From the NCBI GenBank assembly GCA_052034975.1, contig JBPOIA010000002.1, positions 3,461 through 67,460 on the forward strand: a stretch of DNA of 64,000 bases, in the 5' to 3' direction. Below, piece after piece: positions 18,632-28,749 of the stretch. Position 1 is the stretch's first letter; each line of letters begins with the position of its first letter. The translations under genes were made by a program, and so were the position numbers. The notes below the pieces were generated by a model that saw only the letters and a list, made by a program, of their open reading frames with translations, was not told the DNA's origin and ran no database searches. The stretch comes from Candidatus Moraniibacteriota bacterium. GTDB taxonomy: Bacteria > Patescibacteriota > Minisyncoccia > Moranbacterales > UBA1568.

Positions 18632-19339
18632 TTATTTCCTTTTCGGTTTGAGTGCGTTCGCAAACCGTTTATTGGCGTTTTCCGGAATCGACAAAAACAC
18701 CGGCTTAAACGACATTCGATGGATCGAGCACGGGCCGAGGCGCCGGAGAGCGTCCATATGCACCTTCGTCCCGTAGCCCTTGTGCTTGCCGAACCCGTAG
18801 CCCGGATATTGCTCTTCATAATCGTCCATCATCCGATCCCGCGTCACCTTGGCGACGATCGACGCCGCCGCGATAGACTTCACGATCCCATCGCCACCGA
18901 TCACACATTCCTGATGATAGGAACAGTTCGGAATTTTTTGATTGCCATCAATAAGGAGATGACACTGCCCCGCGGCCTCGCGCGGAAGTTTTTTCAAAAG
19001 CTGTGAAAGAGCGCTCTTCATCGCGAGAAACGTCGCCTCGAGGATATTCACCCGGTCGATCGTCTCAGCCGAGATAATGCCGATCCCGATATCGAAGTGT
19101 TCGCAAATAAACTCGAACATCTTCTCTCGCTGCTTCTCCGAAAGTTTCTTGGAATCCCGGATGAGAGAAAACTCTTTTTCCCGTTCCGCAGGAAAAACGA
19201 AATCCGCATTCTTATACCGTACCGCGCATGCGACGACCGGACCAGCCAGCGGCCCCCGGCCGACCTCATCAATTCCAATCACATACTGGTATCCAGCAAT
19301 CGCTTGTTTAAGCTCTTTTTCAAAAGTTGTTCTTTGCAT
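18632..19339 (-). CDS. rnhB: ribonuclease HII
   Basis: GIDEVGRGPLAGPV, DSKKLS, IAAASIVAKV, HKGYGT. Confidence 0.96.
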   Translation of the reverse strand: MQRTTFEKELKQAIAGYQYVIGIDEVGRGPLAGPVVACAVRYKNADFVFPAEREKEFSLIRDSKKLSEKQREKMFEFICEHFDIGIGIISAETIDRVNILEATFLAMKSALSQLLKKLPREAAGQCHLLIDGNQKIPNCSYHQECVIGGDGIVKSIAAASIVAKVTRDRMMDDYEEQYPGYGFGKHKGYGTKVHMDALRRLGPCSIHRMSFKPVFLSIPENANKRFANALKPKRK

Positions 19340-19446
19340 AGCTTCAGTATACCATCACACCAAAAAATTGACTTTTCCGCTTTATCTGACATAATGCTAT
19401 ATTCTTTAACAATTCACCGAACAACCAGCCAAAAAGGAGGTTTATT

Positions 19447-20166
19447 ATGTCCATCCGTAACGACCTAATCAACTCGTGGTTCCTGCCGGAATCGTTCTGG
19501 AAAACCCCTCGCGCCTACGCGAGCGAAGCCGATTTCATCTGTCCGCAGGCCTTCGGCCGTAACACCTATTCCGACAAAGAGGTCGGAGTAGTTGTCAACT
19601 CAATCGTCGACGCCAATGATAACGTGATCACGAGATTCATGCGACTCAAGGCGCAAGGATTCGACCCTGGCCATCCGAACAATATCCTCGCGCAACGCTG
19701 TTTCGACCTCGGGAGAACCGTCACCCCAAAGTACACCGACAGATCCTCCGACATCGATCACTGGGAAGTTAACTACCGCTACGTCATCGGTCAATGGGAA
19801 GTGCTCTACGCTATGTGGCTCATCGAACCGAACTGGTATGCGGAGCATCAAGAAATCCTTTCCCCGATTTGGCCGCCGATTGTCGGCTATCTCGCTACTC
19901 ACAATATGCTCCGGATCGCCAAGGACATCGCTGACGGGCGCGGCCTCAACAAACCACTCCTCATCGCCCATCCCGAACACATCCAACGCTGTTTCTTCAT
20001 CGCTCGGAAAATCTTCGGAAGACCGGTCGCGATAGACGTGGCTCACACCTCGGACAGCGAGTGGTTCGATAAGGCCTCGATTCAAAAATGGACCAGGAGT
20101 CCAAGCTACTGGCTCCCCTACGAAATGCTCGCCCGGATCCACCACCGGTTTCACGGCTGGATGTAA
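19447..20166 (+). CDS. hypothetical protein, possibly YdcF/DUF218-like
   Basis: Strong AAGGAGGT SD, own promoter and terminator (~20181-20214); LLIAHPEHIQRC and W...YEMLAR recall DUF218 motifs (family call tentative). Confidence 0.7.
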   Translation: MSIRNDLINSWFLPESFWKTPRAYASEADFICPQAFGRNTYSDKEVGVVVNSIVDANDNVITRFMRLKAQGFDPGHPNNILAQRCFDLGRTVTPKYTDRSSDIDHWEVNYRYVIGQWEVLYAMWLIEPNWYAEHQEILSPIWPPIVGYLATHNMLRIAKDIADGRGLNKPLLIAHPEHIQRCFFIARKIFGRPVAIDVAHTSDSEWFDKASIQKWTRSPSYWLPYEMLARIHHRFHGWM

Positions 20167-20551
20167 GATCCACCTCATTCCCCGCTTGCGTGCTACGCCA
20201 GCGGGTCTTTTTTTATCTTCTACTTCGTTCTTTTTTTTATTTTTTCCGCCCTCATTTTTCCACCACGCGCACTATTCTCTGCGGTCGGAAATTATATAAT
20301 GCGCATAAAAAACAATAAAAAACACCTAAAACTTGTTCAAAATCGTGCTGCCGAGTATACTGAACGTGTACTAATTTTCCCTGCAAAACCCAAGGATTGA
20401 TTCCGGGCTATGAGGGAACTTAAATCTATGACCACGTTTTCATTTTTTCAAACATCCCGCCTTTCATTCTGATTGGCGTTTTTTATTTTGAAAAAATGTT
20501 GAATGGAGAATTTTCAAAATTCAACATTCGACATTCTCTGTTCAACACTCT

Positions 20552-23500
20552 ATGTTCACTCATCTTCACGTTCACTCACACTACTCTCTTCTCACTGCTC
20601 TTGGTAAGCCGGAGGAGCTCTTGAAACGCGCGCAGGAATTCGGAATGACTTCTCTCGCGCTCACCGACACTTCGGCGATGTACGGCGCGGTCGAGTTTTA
20701 CAACAAAGCCAAAGAGTACGGCATCAAACCGATCATCGGCGCAGAAATTTTCGTCTGCAAAGACCTCCACAGCAAGAACAACACCGCCGAAGACCGCCGA
20801 CGCCATCAGCTCGTCCTCCTCGCCAAAAACGAAACGGGGTACAAGAACCTGATGAAAATCATCTCCGTCGCCCAGCTCGAAGGTTTCTATTACAAGGCGC
20901 GCGCCGACAAAAAGCTCCTTCGACAATACCAAGAGGGCCTCATCGCGCTTTCCGGATCGATGCAAGGCGAGGTGCCATCGGAAATCATCTACGGCAACCC
21001 CGAACGCGCCAAGCAGGTCGCCCTCGAATACGAGGACATTTTCGGCAAGAATAATTTCTTTCTTGAGCTGGGACCTCATATCGACAACGAAAACCAAATT
21101 GCCGGAAACCAGGGGCTCATTCAGATCAGCCGCGAAACAGGTATCCCCCTCGTCGCCGCCGTCGACGTGCACTATGTAAACAAAACCGACGCTTCCGTAC
21201 AGGACGTCCTTCTTTGCATCCGCGACAACAAGAAAGTAACCGACACGGAACGCTTCACGATGAAAAATCTCGATCTCTCGCTCCGCTCGCCGGAAGAGAT
21301 GGAAACAATCTTCAAAGACGTTCCCGAAGCGATCGAGAACACGCAGAAAATAGTAGACGCCTGTAATCTCAAAATTCAAATGGGCGAGAATCACCTGCCC
21401 GTTTTTCCGCTGCCGGAAAGCACTACCGCTGACGGGTATCTCCGCACGCTCTGCGAAGAGGGTTTTGCCAAACGCTTCCCCGGACAGGAGATTACCGAAG
21501 AACAGAAAATGCGTCTTGATTACGAACTCTCCGTTATCGAAAAGACGGGTTTCGCCTCGTACTTCTTGATCGTGCAGGATTTCGTCAACTGGGCCAAACA
21601 AAACGGCGTCATCGTGGGCCCGGGACGCGGATCGGCCGCCGGATCGTTCGTTGCCTATCTCACCGGCATCACCGATCTCGACCCGATCAAGTACGATCTC
21701 CTTTTCGAACGCTTCCTCAATCCCGAACGCATCTCGATGCCCGACGTCGATATGGATTTCGCCGACGACCGACGCGAAGCGGTACTCGACTACGTACGGC
21801 AGAAATACGGCGGAGACCACGTGGCACAGATCATCACGTTCGGAACGATGGCTGCTCGCGCCGCCATCCGCGACGTCGGACGTGCGCTTGGCATCCCTCT
21901 TTCCCTCTGCGACCAAACCGCCAAAATGATCCCGATGTTCACTTCGATCAAAAAGGCGCTCGAAGAAGTACCGGAATTCAAACAGCACTACGAAAAAAAT
22001 CCCGATGCCAAACGTCTGATCGACGCCGCTCAAAATATCGAGGGCTTGGCGCGCCACGCCTCAATGCACGCTTGCGGCGTCGTCATCACCAAGGATCCGG
22101 TCACCGAATACACCCCGCTCCAACGCGTGTCCGGCTCCCGTGAAGGCGTCGTCACTCAATACGCTGCCTCGACCAAAGCCAATGCCGTAGAAAAAATCGG
22201 CCTTCTCAAAATGGACTTCTTAGGACTCAAAAACCTCACTATCATCCAAAATACCCTGCGTATCGTCCGCGCGCTCAAGAAACTCGACCCACTCGCGGAA
22301 AAGCTCGGTCTCGACACCGAAAACGCCACCGTCGCCGATCTTTTGGGTCGCCTACCACTCGATGATGAGGCCGCTTACAAACTCCTTCAAGAAGCCCATA
22401 CTACCGGTGTCTTTCAATTGGAATCGACGGGAATGAAGCGTTATCTCAAACAGCTCAAACCCACCGTTTTCGAAGATATCATCGCGATGGTCGCTCTCTA
22501 TCGCCCGGGACCGATGGAATACATCCCGGACTTTATCGCCGGTAAACATGGCACGAAACAGATCAAATACCTCCATCCGAAACTTGAACCGATTCTCAAG
22601 AACACCTACGGTGTCGCCGTGTATCAGGAACAGCTGATGCAGATCGCGCGTGATTTGGCTGGATTTTCTTTAGGTGAAGCAGACGTGCTCCGCAAAGCGG
22701 TCGGCAAGAAGATCAAAGAACTCGTCGCCGAACAGCGTGAGAAATTCATCGATGGCTGCGTACAGACGGGTGTCGGCAAAGCCATCGGCGAAAAAATCTT
22801 CGCTTTCATCGAGCCCTTCGCCGGCTATGGCTTCAATCGTTCTCACGCCGCCTGTTACGCGCTCATTGGTTATCAGACCGCCTACCTGAAAGCGCACTAT
22901 CCGGCGGAATTTATGGCCGCTCTCCTCACAAGCGACCAGCACGATACCGATCGCGTTGCCATCGAAGTCCGCGAGGCACGCGAAATCGGTCTCGAAGTCC
23001 TCCCGCCATCCATCAACGAAAGCTTCGAGGATTTCGCCGTCATCAGAGGCGACGATGGCAAGGAACGTATCCGTTTCGGATTGAACGCCATCAAGAACGT
23101 CGGCTCCGTCTGCACCGAAGAAATCGTCCGTGTGCGTAAACAAAACGGTCCATTCAAAAACCTCGAAGACTTCATCGCGCGCGTACAGACGAAAGACCTC
23201 AACAAACGCTCACTCGAATCGCTCGCCAAAGTCGGCGCGCTCGAAGACTTCGGCGAACGCAACCAGCTTCTCGAAAGCATCGATGATATCCTCCGTCACG
23301 CCAAAAACATCAAGGCTATCGCGGAAACACATCAGAACAGTCTTTTCGGCGGTATGGCGATGCCAGAAAGCCGCATCAGGCTCTCCCCGGCTGTTCCTGC
23401 CGACAAAAAGACCCGTCTCAATTGGGAAAAAGAGCTCATCGGTCTGTACATAAGCGACCATCCGGTATCGGAATTCAAAGCGTATCTCGCGAAAACCGCC

Positions 23501-24088
23501 ACCGCTATCCGAGATATCGAAAAGCAGCCGGAAGAAAGTCGCGTGCGCATCGGCGGCGTCATCACGAATGTTCGTAAGACTCTTTCCAAATCCGGCAACA
23601 CGATGTTCTTCATTTCGCTCGAAGACACGACCGGACGCATCGAACTGCCGGTTTTTGGAAAAACCGCCGAACGCACCGCCGAGATGTGGATCGTTGATGA
23701 GATCGTCACCGTCACCGCTAGAGTTTCACGGCGGGACGGCGAACTCCGATTCGCTGCCGAAGGAGTCGAGCGACTTTCGAGGAATACCGTCGAACAATTC
23801 GCCCGTATCGAAGCGACCCGTGCATCCCATACCCGCACTGCTCCGCAAACCGTGGAGGGTAAGCCGACAATCGATACCTCTCAACATCTCGTCATCAGCA
23901 TCAAAAACGATGCTCCACCGAAGATCATCGAGCATCTCTCTCATCTCCTAAAAACCGTTCCGACTGGCCCGCGAAAAGTTTCCGTGAAAATCCGAGGAAT
24001 GTTCATCGAAACAACCTTCTCCATCTCGCCCACTACGGAACATTTCGACCAAATCAGAAATCTCGAAGGAGTAGAAGCAGTTGTATGA
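20552..24088 (+). CDS. dnaE: DNA polymerase III alpha subunit
   Basis: HLHVHSHYSLL PHP domain, GPGRGSAAGS, MPDVDMDF, FNRSHA, C-terminal OB fold. Confidence 0.98.
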   Translation: MFTHLHVHSHYSLLTALGKPEELLKRAQEFGMTSLALTDTSAMYGAVEFYNKAKEYGIKPIIGAEIFVCKDLHSKNNTAEDRRRHQLVLLAKNETGYKNLMKIISVAQLEGFYYKARADKKLLRQYQEGLIALSGSMQGEVPSEIIYGNPERAKQVALEYEDIFGKNNFFLELGPHIDNENQIAGNQGLIQISRETGIPLVAAVDVHYVNKTDASVQDVLLCIRDNKKVTDTERFTMKNLDLSLRSPEEMETIFKDVPEAIENTQKIVDACNLKIQMGENHLPVFPLPESTTADGYLRTLCEEGFAKRFPGQEITEEQKMRLDYELSVIEKTGFASYFLIVQDFVNWAKQNGVIVGPGRGSAAGSFVAYLTGITDLDPIKYDLLFERFLNPERISMPDVDMDFADDRREAVLDYVRQKYGGDHVAQIITFGTMAARAAIRDVGRALGIPLSLCDQTAKMIPMFTSIKKALEEVPEFKQHYEKNPDAKRLIDAAQNIEGLARHASMHACGVVITKDPVTEYTPLQRVSGSREGVVTQYAASTKANAVEKIGLLKMDFLGLKNLTIIQNTLRIVRALKKLDPLAEKLGLDTENATVADLLGRLPLDDEAAYKLLQEAHTTGVFQLESTGMKRYLKQLKPTVFEDIIAMVALYRPGPMEYIPDFIAGKHGTKQIKYLHPKLEPILKNTYGVAVYQEQLMQIARDLAGFSLGEADVLRKAVGKKIKELVAEQREKFIDGCVQTGVGKAIGEKIFAFIEPFAGYGFNRSHAACYALIGYQTAYLKAHYPAEFMAALLTSDQHDTDRVAIEVREAREIGLEVLPPSINESFEDFAVIRGDDGKERIRFGLNAIKNVGSVCTEEIVRVRKQNGPFKNLEDFIARVQTKDLNKRSLESLAKVGALEDFGERNQLLESIDDILRHAKNIKAIAETHQNSLFGGMAMPESRIRLSPAVPADKKTRLNWEKELIGLYISDHPVSEFKAYLAKTATAIRDIEKQPEESRVRIGGVITNVRKTLSKSGNTMFFISLEDTTGRIELPVFGKTAERTAEMWIVDEIVTVTARVSRRDGELRFAAEGVERLSRNTVEQFARIEATRASHTRTAPQTVEGKPTIDTSQHLVISIKNDAPPKIIEHLSHLLKTVPTGPRKVSVKIRGMFIETTFSISPTTEHFDQIRNLEGVEAVV

Positions 24089-24990
24089 GCAATTCCCCAA
24101 AAAAAATCATCGCTCTCGTCGGCCCGACGGCATCGGGAAAATCCGACCTGGCCATCGCACTCGCACAGAAATATGGCGGCGAAATCATCTCTGCTGACAG
24201 TCGACAAGTCTATCGCGGAATGGATATCGGTACGGGAAAAGTAACAAAAAACGAACAAAGACTCATACGCCATTGGCTTCTTGATGTCGCCAGTCCGAAG
24301 AGAAGCTACAACGTCACCCATTTTACCCGTGATGCCAAAAAAGCGATTGCTGACATACGAAAAAGAGGAAAGCTCCCGATTATTTGCGGCGGTACGGGAT
24401 TCTGGGTCGAGACCCTGCTTTTTGATAAACATTTTCCCGAAGTAAAGCCCCATTCCGCTCTTCGCAAAAAACTCGAAAAACTCTCAACGGAAAAACTTTT
24501 CTTGACGCTCAAACAGAAAGATCCGGCGCGTGCCGCAACCATTGACCCCCACAACAAAGTGCGTCTCATACGGGCTCTCGAAATAATTGAAACTCTCGGG
24601 AAAGTTCCCTCGCTTACCAACAATCAGCGATCAACAATCAACAAAGAATATCTCACCATCGCACTTGTACCACCACAAGAAACACTGCACAAAAATATCA
24701 CCGTCCGTCTAGAAAAAAGATTCGCGCAGGGAATGATCGAGGAAGTCGAAGCGCTTCGAAAAAACGGTGTGAGTTTTAAACGTCTGGAAAGTTTCGGGCT
24801 GGAATACAAATATATCGCGCTTTTTTTACAGAAAAAGCTGTCTCTCGAAGAAATGAAAGAACAGCTGGAAACAGAGATCCGTCACTATGCCAAGCGCCAA
24901 TTGACGTTCCTCCGCCGCCTGGAACGCTCCGGTCTTGCAATCCACTGGATCTCCGACCGAAAAGAAACAGAAGGAATCTTTTCCCTGTAA
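24085..24990 (+). CDS. miaA: tRNA dimethylallyltransferase
   Basis: GPTASGKS, ISADSRQVYRGMDIGTGK, GGTGF, YAKRQ. Confidence 0.96.
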   Translation: MSNSPKKIIALVGPTASGKSDLAIALAQKYGGEIISADSRQVYRGMDIGTGKVTKNEQRLIRHWLLDVASPKRSYNVTHFTRDAKKAIADIRKRGKLPIICGGTGFWVETLLFDKHFPEVKPHSALRKKLEKLSTEKLFLTLKQKDPARAATIDPHNKVRLIRALEIIETLGKVPSLTNNQRSTINKEYLTIALVPPQETLHKNITVRLEKRFAQGMIEEVEALRKNGVSFKRLESFGLEYKYIALFLQKKLSLEEMKEQLETEIRHYAKRQLTFLRRLERSGLAIHWISDRKETEGIFSL

Positions 24991-25019
24991 TCGCAATTGC
25001 GAAAAAATTTTCAGTGCTC

Positions 25020-26492
25020 CTACGAGGAGAGTTTCTTTGTGAGAATCTCCATTACCAATGGAGGATTCGCCTTGCCTTTGGTCTCTTTCATCACCTGCCC
25101 CATCAGATATTGGAGCGCGTTTTGTTTACCGGATTTGAAGTCAGCAACGGATTTCTCATTCGCAGTAAGCACGGCATCAACCGCAGCTTCCAGCGCGCCC
25201 GTATCGTTCATCTGCCCCAAGTTGAGCTGCTCCACGATGTGCGACGGATCGTTGTCACCACCCTGGTACATCTCGGCCAAAACCTTCTGCGCCGCACTCG
25301 AATTGATCTTTCCGTCCGCCACCAGATTGATAAGTTCGGCAAAATTTTCCGGCGTAATGAATACATCATCAATTGACTGGACATTCTCGGAAAGATGCTT
25401 CCGTACTTCGGTCAACATATAATTCGCCGCGAGCTTGACCGCGCGTTCGAACGGCGCCGTCAGCTCCTTCGCATCCGCTTTCGCCGCCAGTTCGCTTGCG
25501 ACATTCTCGAAATATTCGGCGAATTCCCGTTCCGTCGTCAATACGGACGCATCCGCTTCCGGCAGGTCATACTGTTCAGCAAAACGTTTTGTCTTCGTAT
25601 CCGGAAGCTCCGGAAGCGAGAGACGAAGCGCCGCAATATCCTCTTCGGTGAACGTGAACGGCGGGATGTCTGGCTCAGGAAAATAGCGATAATCGTGTGC
25701 GGATTCCTTCTTGCGCTGCGAGACCGTTGCACCGCGCGCCTCGTCCCAACCTCTCGTTTCCTGCATAATCTTCTTGCCAGCTTCCAATTCTTCCGTCTGG
25801 CGACCGATCTCATACTCGATGGCGCGTTCCACCGTCTTGAATGAATTGAGATTCTTGATCTCGACTTTCGTACCAGAAAGCCGATCCGCCCCTTTTGGAT
25901 AAAGCGAGATATTCACTTCGCAACGCATCTGTCCCTTCTCCATATCCGCATCCGATACGTTAAGATAACGGAGAATTTGGCGAAGTCTCTGACAAAACAT
26001 TCGGGCATCCTTTCCAGTCTCAAAATCCGGTTCGGTGACCAGTTCCATCAACGGCACGCCGGCACGATTAAAATCGACGAGCGTATAGTCCGCCCCTTTT
26101 GGATGCATCGATTTTCCCGTATCTTCTTCGAGGTGAATGCGCGTGATATGAAACGTTTTCTTTTCGATATCGATGCTTCCCCGTTCGCAAAATGGCTCAT
26201 CGTACTGGGAAATCTGATATCCTTTCGGAATATCAGGATAAAAATAATTCTTGCGATCGAATTTCGAACGCAACCGAAGCGTGCATCCAAGCGCCAGTCC
26301 GACCCGCTGCACGGCCTCGATCGCCTTCTTGTTCGGTACCGGAAGCGTACCGGGCTGTCCCGTGCATACGGGGCAGATATGCACGTTCGGCTCGGTTTCC
26401 AGTCCAAGGCCGTTCTTGCACGCACAAAACATCTTGGATTCCATTTTGAGCTCGGAATGTATTTCCATTCCGATCGTAACGCCGTATTTCAT
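25020..26492 (-). CDS. gatB: Asp/Glu-tRNA amidotransferase subunit B
   Basis: IGMEIH, FDRKNYFYPDIPKGYQISQ, DYRYFPEPD. Confidence 0.98.
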   Translation of the reverse strand: MKYGVTIGMEIHSELKMESKMFCACKNGLGLETEPNVHICPVCTGQPGTLPVPNKKAIEAVQRVGLALGCTLRLRSKFDRKNYFYPDIPKGYQISQYDEPFCERGSIDIEKKTFHITRIHLEEDTGKSMHPKGADYTLVDFNRAGVPLMELVTEPDFETGKDARMFCQRLRQILRYLNVSDADMEKGQMRCEVNISLYPKGADRLSGTKVEIKNLNSFKTVERAIEYEIGRQTEELEAGKKIMQETRGWDEARGATVSQRKKESAHDYRYFPEPDIPPFTFTEEDIAALRLSLPELPDTKTKRFAEQYDLPEADASVLTTEREFAEYFENVASELAAKADAKELTAPFERAVKLAANYMLTEVRKHLSENVQSIDDVFITPENFAELINLVADGKINSSAAQKVLAEMYQGGDNDPSHIVEQLNLGQMNDTGALEAAVDAVLTANEKSVADFKSGKQNALQYLMGQVMKETKGKANPPLVMEILTKKLSS

Positions 26493-26507
26493 AAACGTTC
26501 AGATATA

Positions 26508-26933
26508 TCAATGCGCTCCCGTACTGCCAAATCCCCCTTCGCCACGTATCGTAACATCGAGTTCGGAAACTTCGCAAACGTCCGGCAATTCCACTTTTTG
26601 AATAAGCAATTGGGCTATTTTCATTCCTTGTTCGATACGAAATTCCTCACGAGAAGTATTCAACAGGATCACCTGGATTTCTCCGCGATACGACGCGTCA
26701 ATCACGCCACCCATCGTTTTCAGACCAGCCTTGGCAGCAAGTCCCGACTTATCCCAAATGAGTCCGGCGTATCCGTTCGGAATCGAAAGCGCGATGCCGG
26801 TCCGTACCGTACGGCGCTCACCGGACGCGAGCATACAACCCTCGATGGAATACAGATCCAATCCGGCATCGTCTATATGCGCCCGCATCGGCAGTTTGGC
26901 TTCTGAGTGCAGTTTTCTTGCTTCAATCTTCAT
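26508..26933 (-). CDS. dut: dUTP diphosphatase
   Basis: AGLDL, KSGLA, GVIDASYRGEI, RGEGGFGSTG; ATG 26933 overlaps the tmk stop. Confidence 0.96.
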   Translation of the reverse strand: MKIEARKLHSEAKLPMRAHIDDAGLDLYSIEGCMLASGERRTVRTGIALSIPNGYAGLIWDKSGLAAKAGLKTMGGVIDASYRGEIQVILLNTSREEFRIEQGMKIAQLLIQKVELPDVCEVSELDVTIRGEGGFGSTGAH

Positions 26934-27532
26934 AGAATGTCTTTGACGATATTTTGGATATCGGTTGCCACGGCTTCGATACTTTGGTTGGCATTCACTT
27001 GTTTCCATCCGTACCGCGCACCAAGCAACAAATGGAAATTCCGGCAGATCCGGATACGTTCATCGTTCGTCTCGTTACGATGCCCGGCCTCGATCGCTGT
27101 GTCGAAACGCTGTCCGTCCATAAGAATATTCAGATCCGCCGGAAAGAGATCCTTATTGATATCCTCAAGATACGAAAGATCCGCTCCCCACGAGAGTCCC
27201 CACGCGATACCGGTACCGGTATAATCCTCCGCCACGATCCATTCCCCTGCTTTCAAACGCTTCAAAAGCTCCGGCTCATACCGTTTCCGATTGTCGGCGT
27301 ATTTTCGTTGCAAGTCTTCCGTCAAGAGCTCGTTTTTCACACGAAATTCCGCATCGCGCAGGTATTTATAGATGAACGGTCCCTCCGGTTCAAGATCATA
27401 TACCGGATATTTCAGCCGGCTCGCCGATACGCCCTGCGAACGAAGATGTTCCACCAAAAGCTCCGTTTGCGTCGTTTTGCCGATGCCATTGATACCGTAG
27501 AGTGTGATCATTTTTCCTCGCATATCCGTCAT
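26930..27532 (-). CDS. tmk: thymidylate kinase
   Basis: GKMITLYGINGIGKTTQ P-loop, NR, AEDY (DRY-equivalent); thymidylate gene context. Confidence 0.8.
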   Translation of the reverse strand: MTDMRGKMITLYGINGIGKTTQTELLVEHLRSQGVSASRLKYPVYDLEPEGPFIYKYLRDAEFRVKNELLTEDLQRKYADNRKRYEPELLKRLKAGEWIVAEDYTGTGIAWGLSWGADLSYLEDINKDLFPADLNILMDGQRFDTAIEAGHRNETNDERIRICRNFHLLLGARYGWKQVNANQSIEAVATDIQNIVKDIL

Positions 27533-28092
27533 TGCCGTTCACGTGTTTCCGTCAGGATCTTGTCGATCTGGGCGTAAAGATCTTCAAGTGCGCCGTCGTT
27601 ATTGACGATGTATTTCGCTTCCACGCGAAGTGGAGGAATGGTCATTTCCGTCTCAAGCAGATGATCTTTCTTGAAATCATCGAATGTTTTCATTTGGTCG
27701 TCGGTATTCTGCGTCCGCTTCGTCAGACGCTCATAGCGGCGTGCCATATCCGCTTCGATATAAAGCAGCGTGAATTCCGGCATCGCCCGCACGAGGTCGA
27801 TATCGGACAAACGACGGATGCCGTCGATCACCACAAGCGTATTCTGATCATTCTTCGCATCATTTTCTATGACGTGTGCCAGGATATCTTCGCCGAACGC
27901 CTGACGGAGAAAATGCGAGAGATCCGAAAGATTCTTGCGCGTCTGCGGCAAATGCAGCCGATCCAGGATATCCCGAAGCGAATCTGAAAATTGGAACTGC
28001 TTGGCGCCGTATTTCTTGACCAGATACTTCGTCACTGTATCCTTGCCCGATGCCATCTCGCCCGTGATGCCGAGAATGATTTTCCTATTCAT
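27529..28092 (-). CDS. P-loop kinase (dephospho-CoA kinase-like / NMP kinase fold)
   Basis: ILGITGEMASGKDTV, VVIDGIR, RYERL..R, VNNDG. Confidence 0.8.
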   Translation of the reverse strand: MNRKIILGITGEMASGKDTVTKYLVKKYGAKQFQFSDSLRDILDRLHLPQTRKNLSDLSHFLRQAFGEDILAHVIENDAKNDQNTLVVIDGIRRLSDIDLVRAMPEFTLLYIEADMARRYERLTKRTQNTDDQMKTFDDFKKDHLLETEMTIPPLRVEAKYIVNNDGALEDLYAQIDKILTETRERQ

Positions 28093-28583
28093 CGTTCTAA
28101 CGTTACAAATGAAAATCTGTGCGTACCGTTGTCAACTGCTTCCTCGCTGAGAACTCTGGCAAACTCACCGTACTCCGGAAAAAATGTGTCCGCGTCATAG
28201 TCGCCCTCCACAAGGGTAAGGTAGAGCCGGTCGGCAAGCACGATGAACTGTTTATAGATGCTCGCCCCGCCGATGATGAAAATTTCCTCCGTCTCGCACT
28301 TCTTCGCCATATCGATCGCTTCATCGACAGATTTCACCGTAAGACAGCCTTCCGGCGCAAAATCATCGTCAAGCGAAAGGATGATATTCGTCCGATTCGG
28401 CAGCGGCCGACCGATCGACTTGAAGGTGTTTTCCCCCATCACGACCGCGTGTCCGGTCGTCAGCTCGCGAAAATGCCGCATATCCTCCGGAATATGCCAA
28501 AGAAGCGCGTTATTCTTGCCGATCGCCCGATCTTTTTTGGCGATAGCGGAAACGATACTGATACGAGGTTGCGACGTGTCCAT
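28089..28583 (-). CDS. folA: dihydrofolate reductase
   Basis: IGKNNALLWHIPEDMRHF, VMGENTF, PLPNR, IIGGASIY, ADTFFP. Confidence 0.96.
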   Translation of the reverse strand: MDTSQPRISIVSAIAKKDRAIGKNNALLWHIPEDMRHFRELTTGHAVVMGENTFKSIGRPLPNRTNIILSLDDDFAPEGCLTVKSVDEAIDMAKKCETEEIFIIGGASIYKQFIVLADRLYLTLVEGDYDADTFFPEYGEFARVLSEEAVDNGTHRFSFVTLER

Positions 28584-28591
28584 ACTTTCCC

Positions 28592-28620
28592 ATTGTAGCC
28601 GTTTTTCCGTATTCGTTCAA
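28592..28620 (-). promoter_or_regulatory. promoter of folA (leaderless-type spacing)
   Basis: Minus strand TTGAAC-17 nt-TACAAT, 8 nt before the ATG. Confidence 0.55.
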
Positions 28621-28701
28621 ACCGTATCTTTGTCTTGAAGTTTTGTGCGTAACGTCAGTTCGGTCGCAAGAGCAAACGAACGGCACCGGGCGGTTCGTTT
28701 G

Positions 28702-28735
28702 GAAAAGAAAAACTCCCAAGAAAACCTTGGGAGCA
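28702..28735 (-). terminator. terminator after thyA
   Basis: CTCCCAAG-loop-CTTGGGAG followed by T run on the minus strand. Confidence 0.7.
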
Positions 28736-28749
28736 AAATCGCGATACAC

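Noticed and set aside
20576-22057. 493-aa minus-strand ORF
   Set aside because: Antisense to dnaE; no independent coding evidence
20552-24088. Possible intein in dnaE
   Set aside because: Normal length; no C/S...HN-C splice motifs; only a short insertion after KMDFLGL
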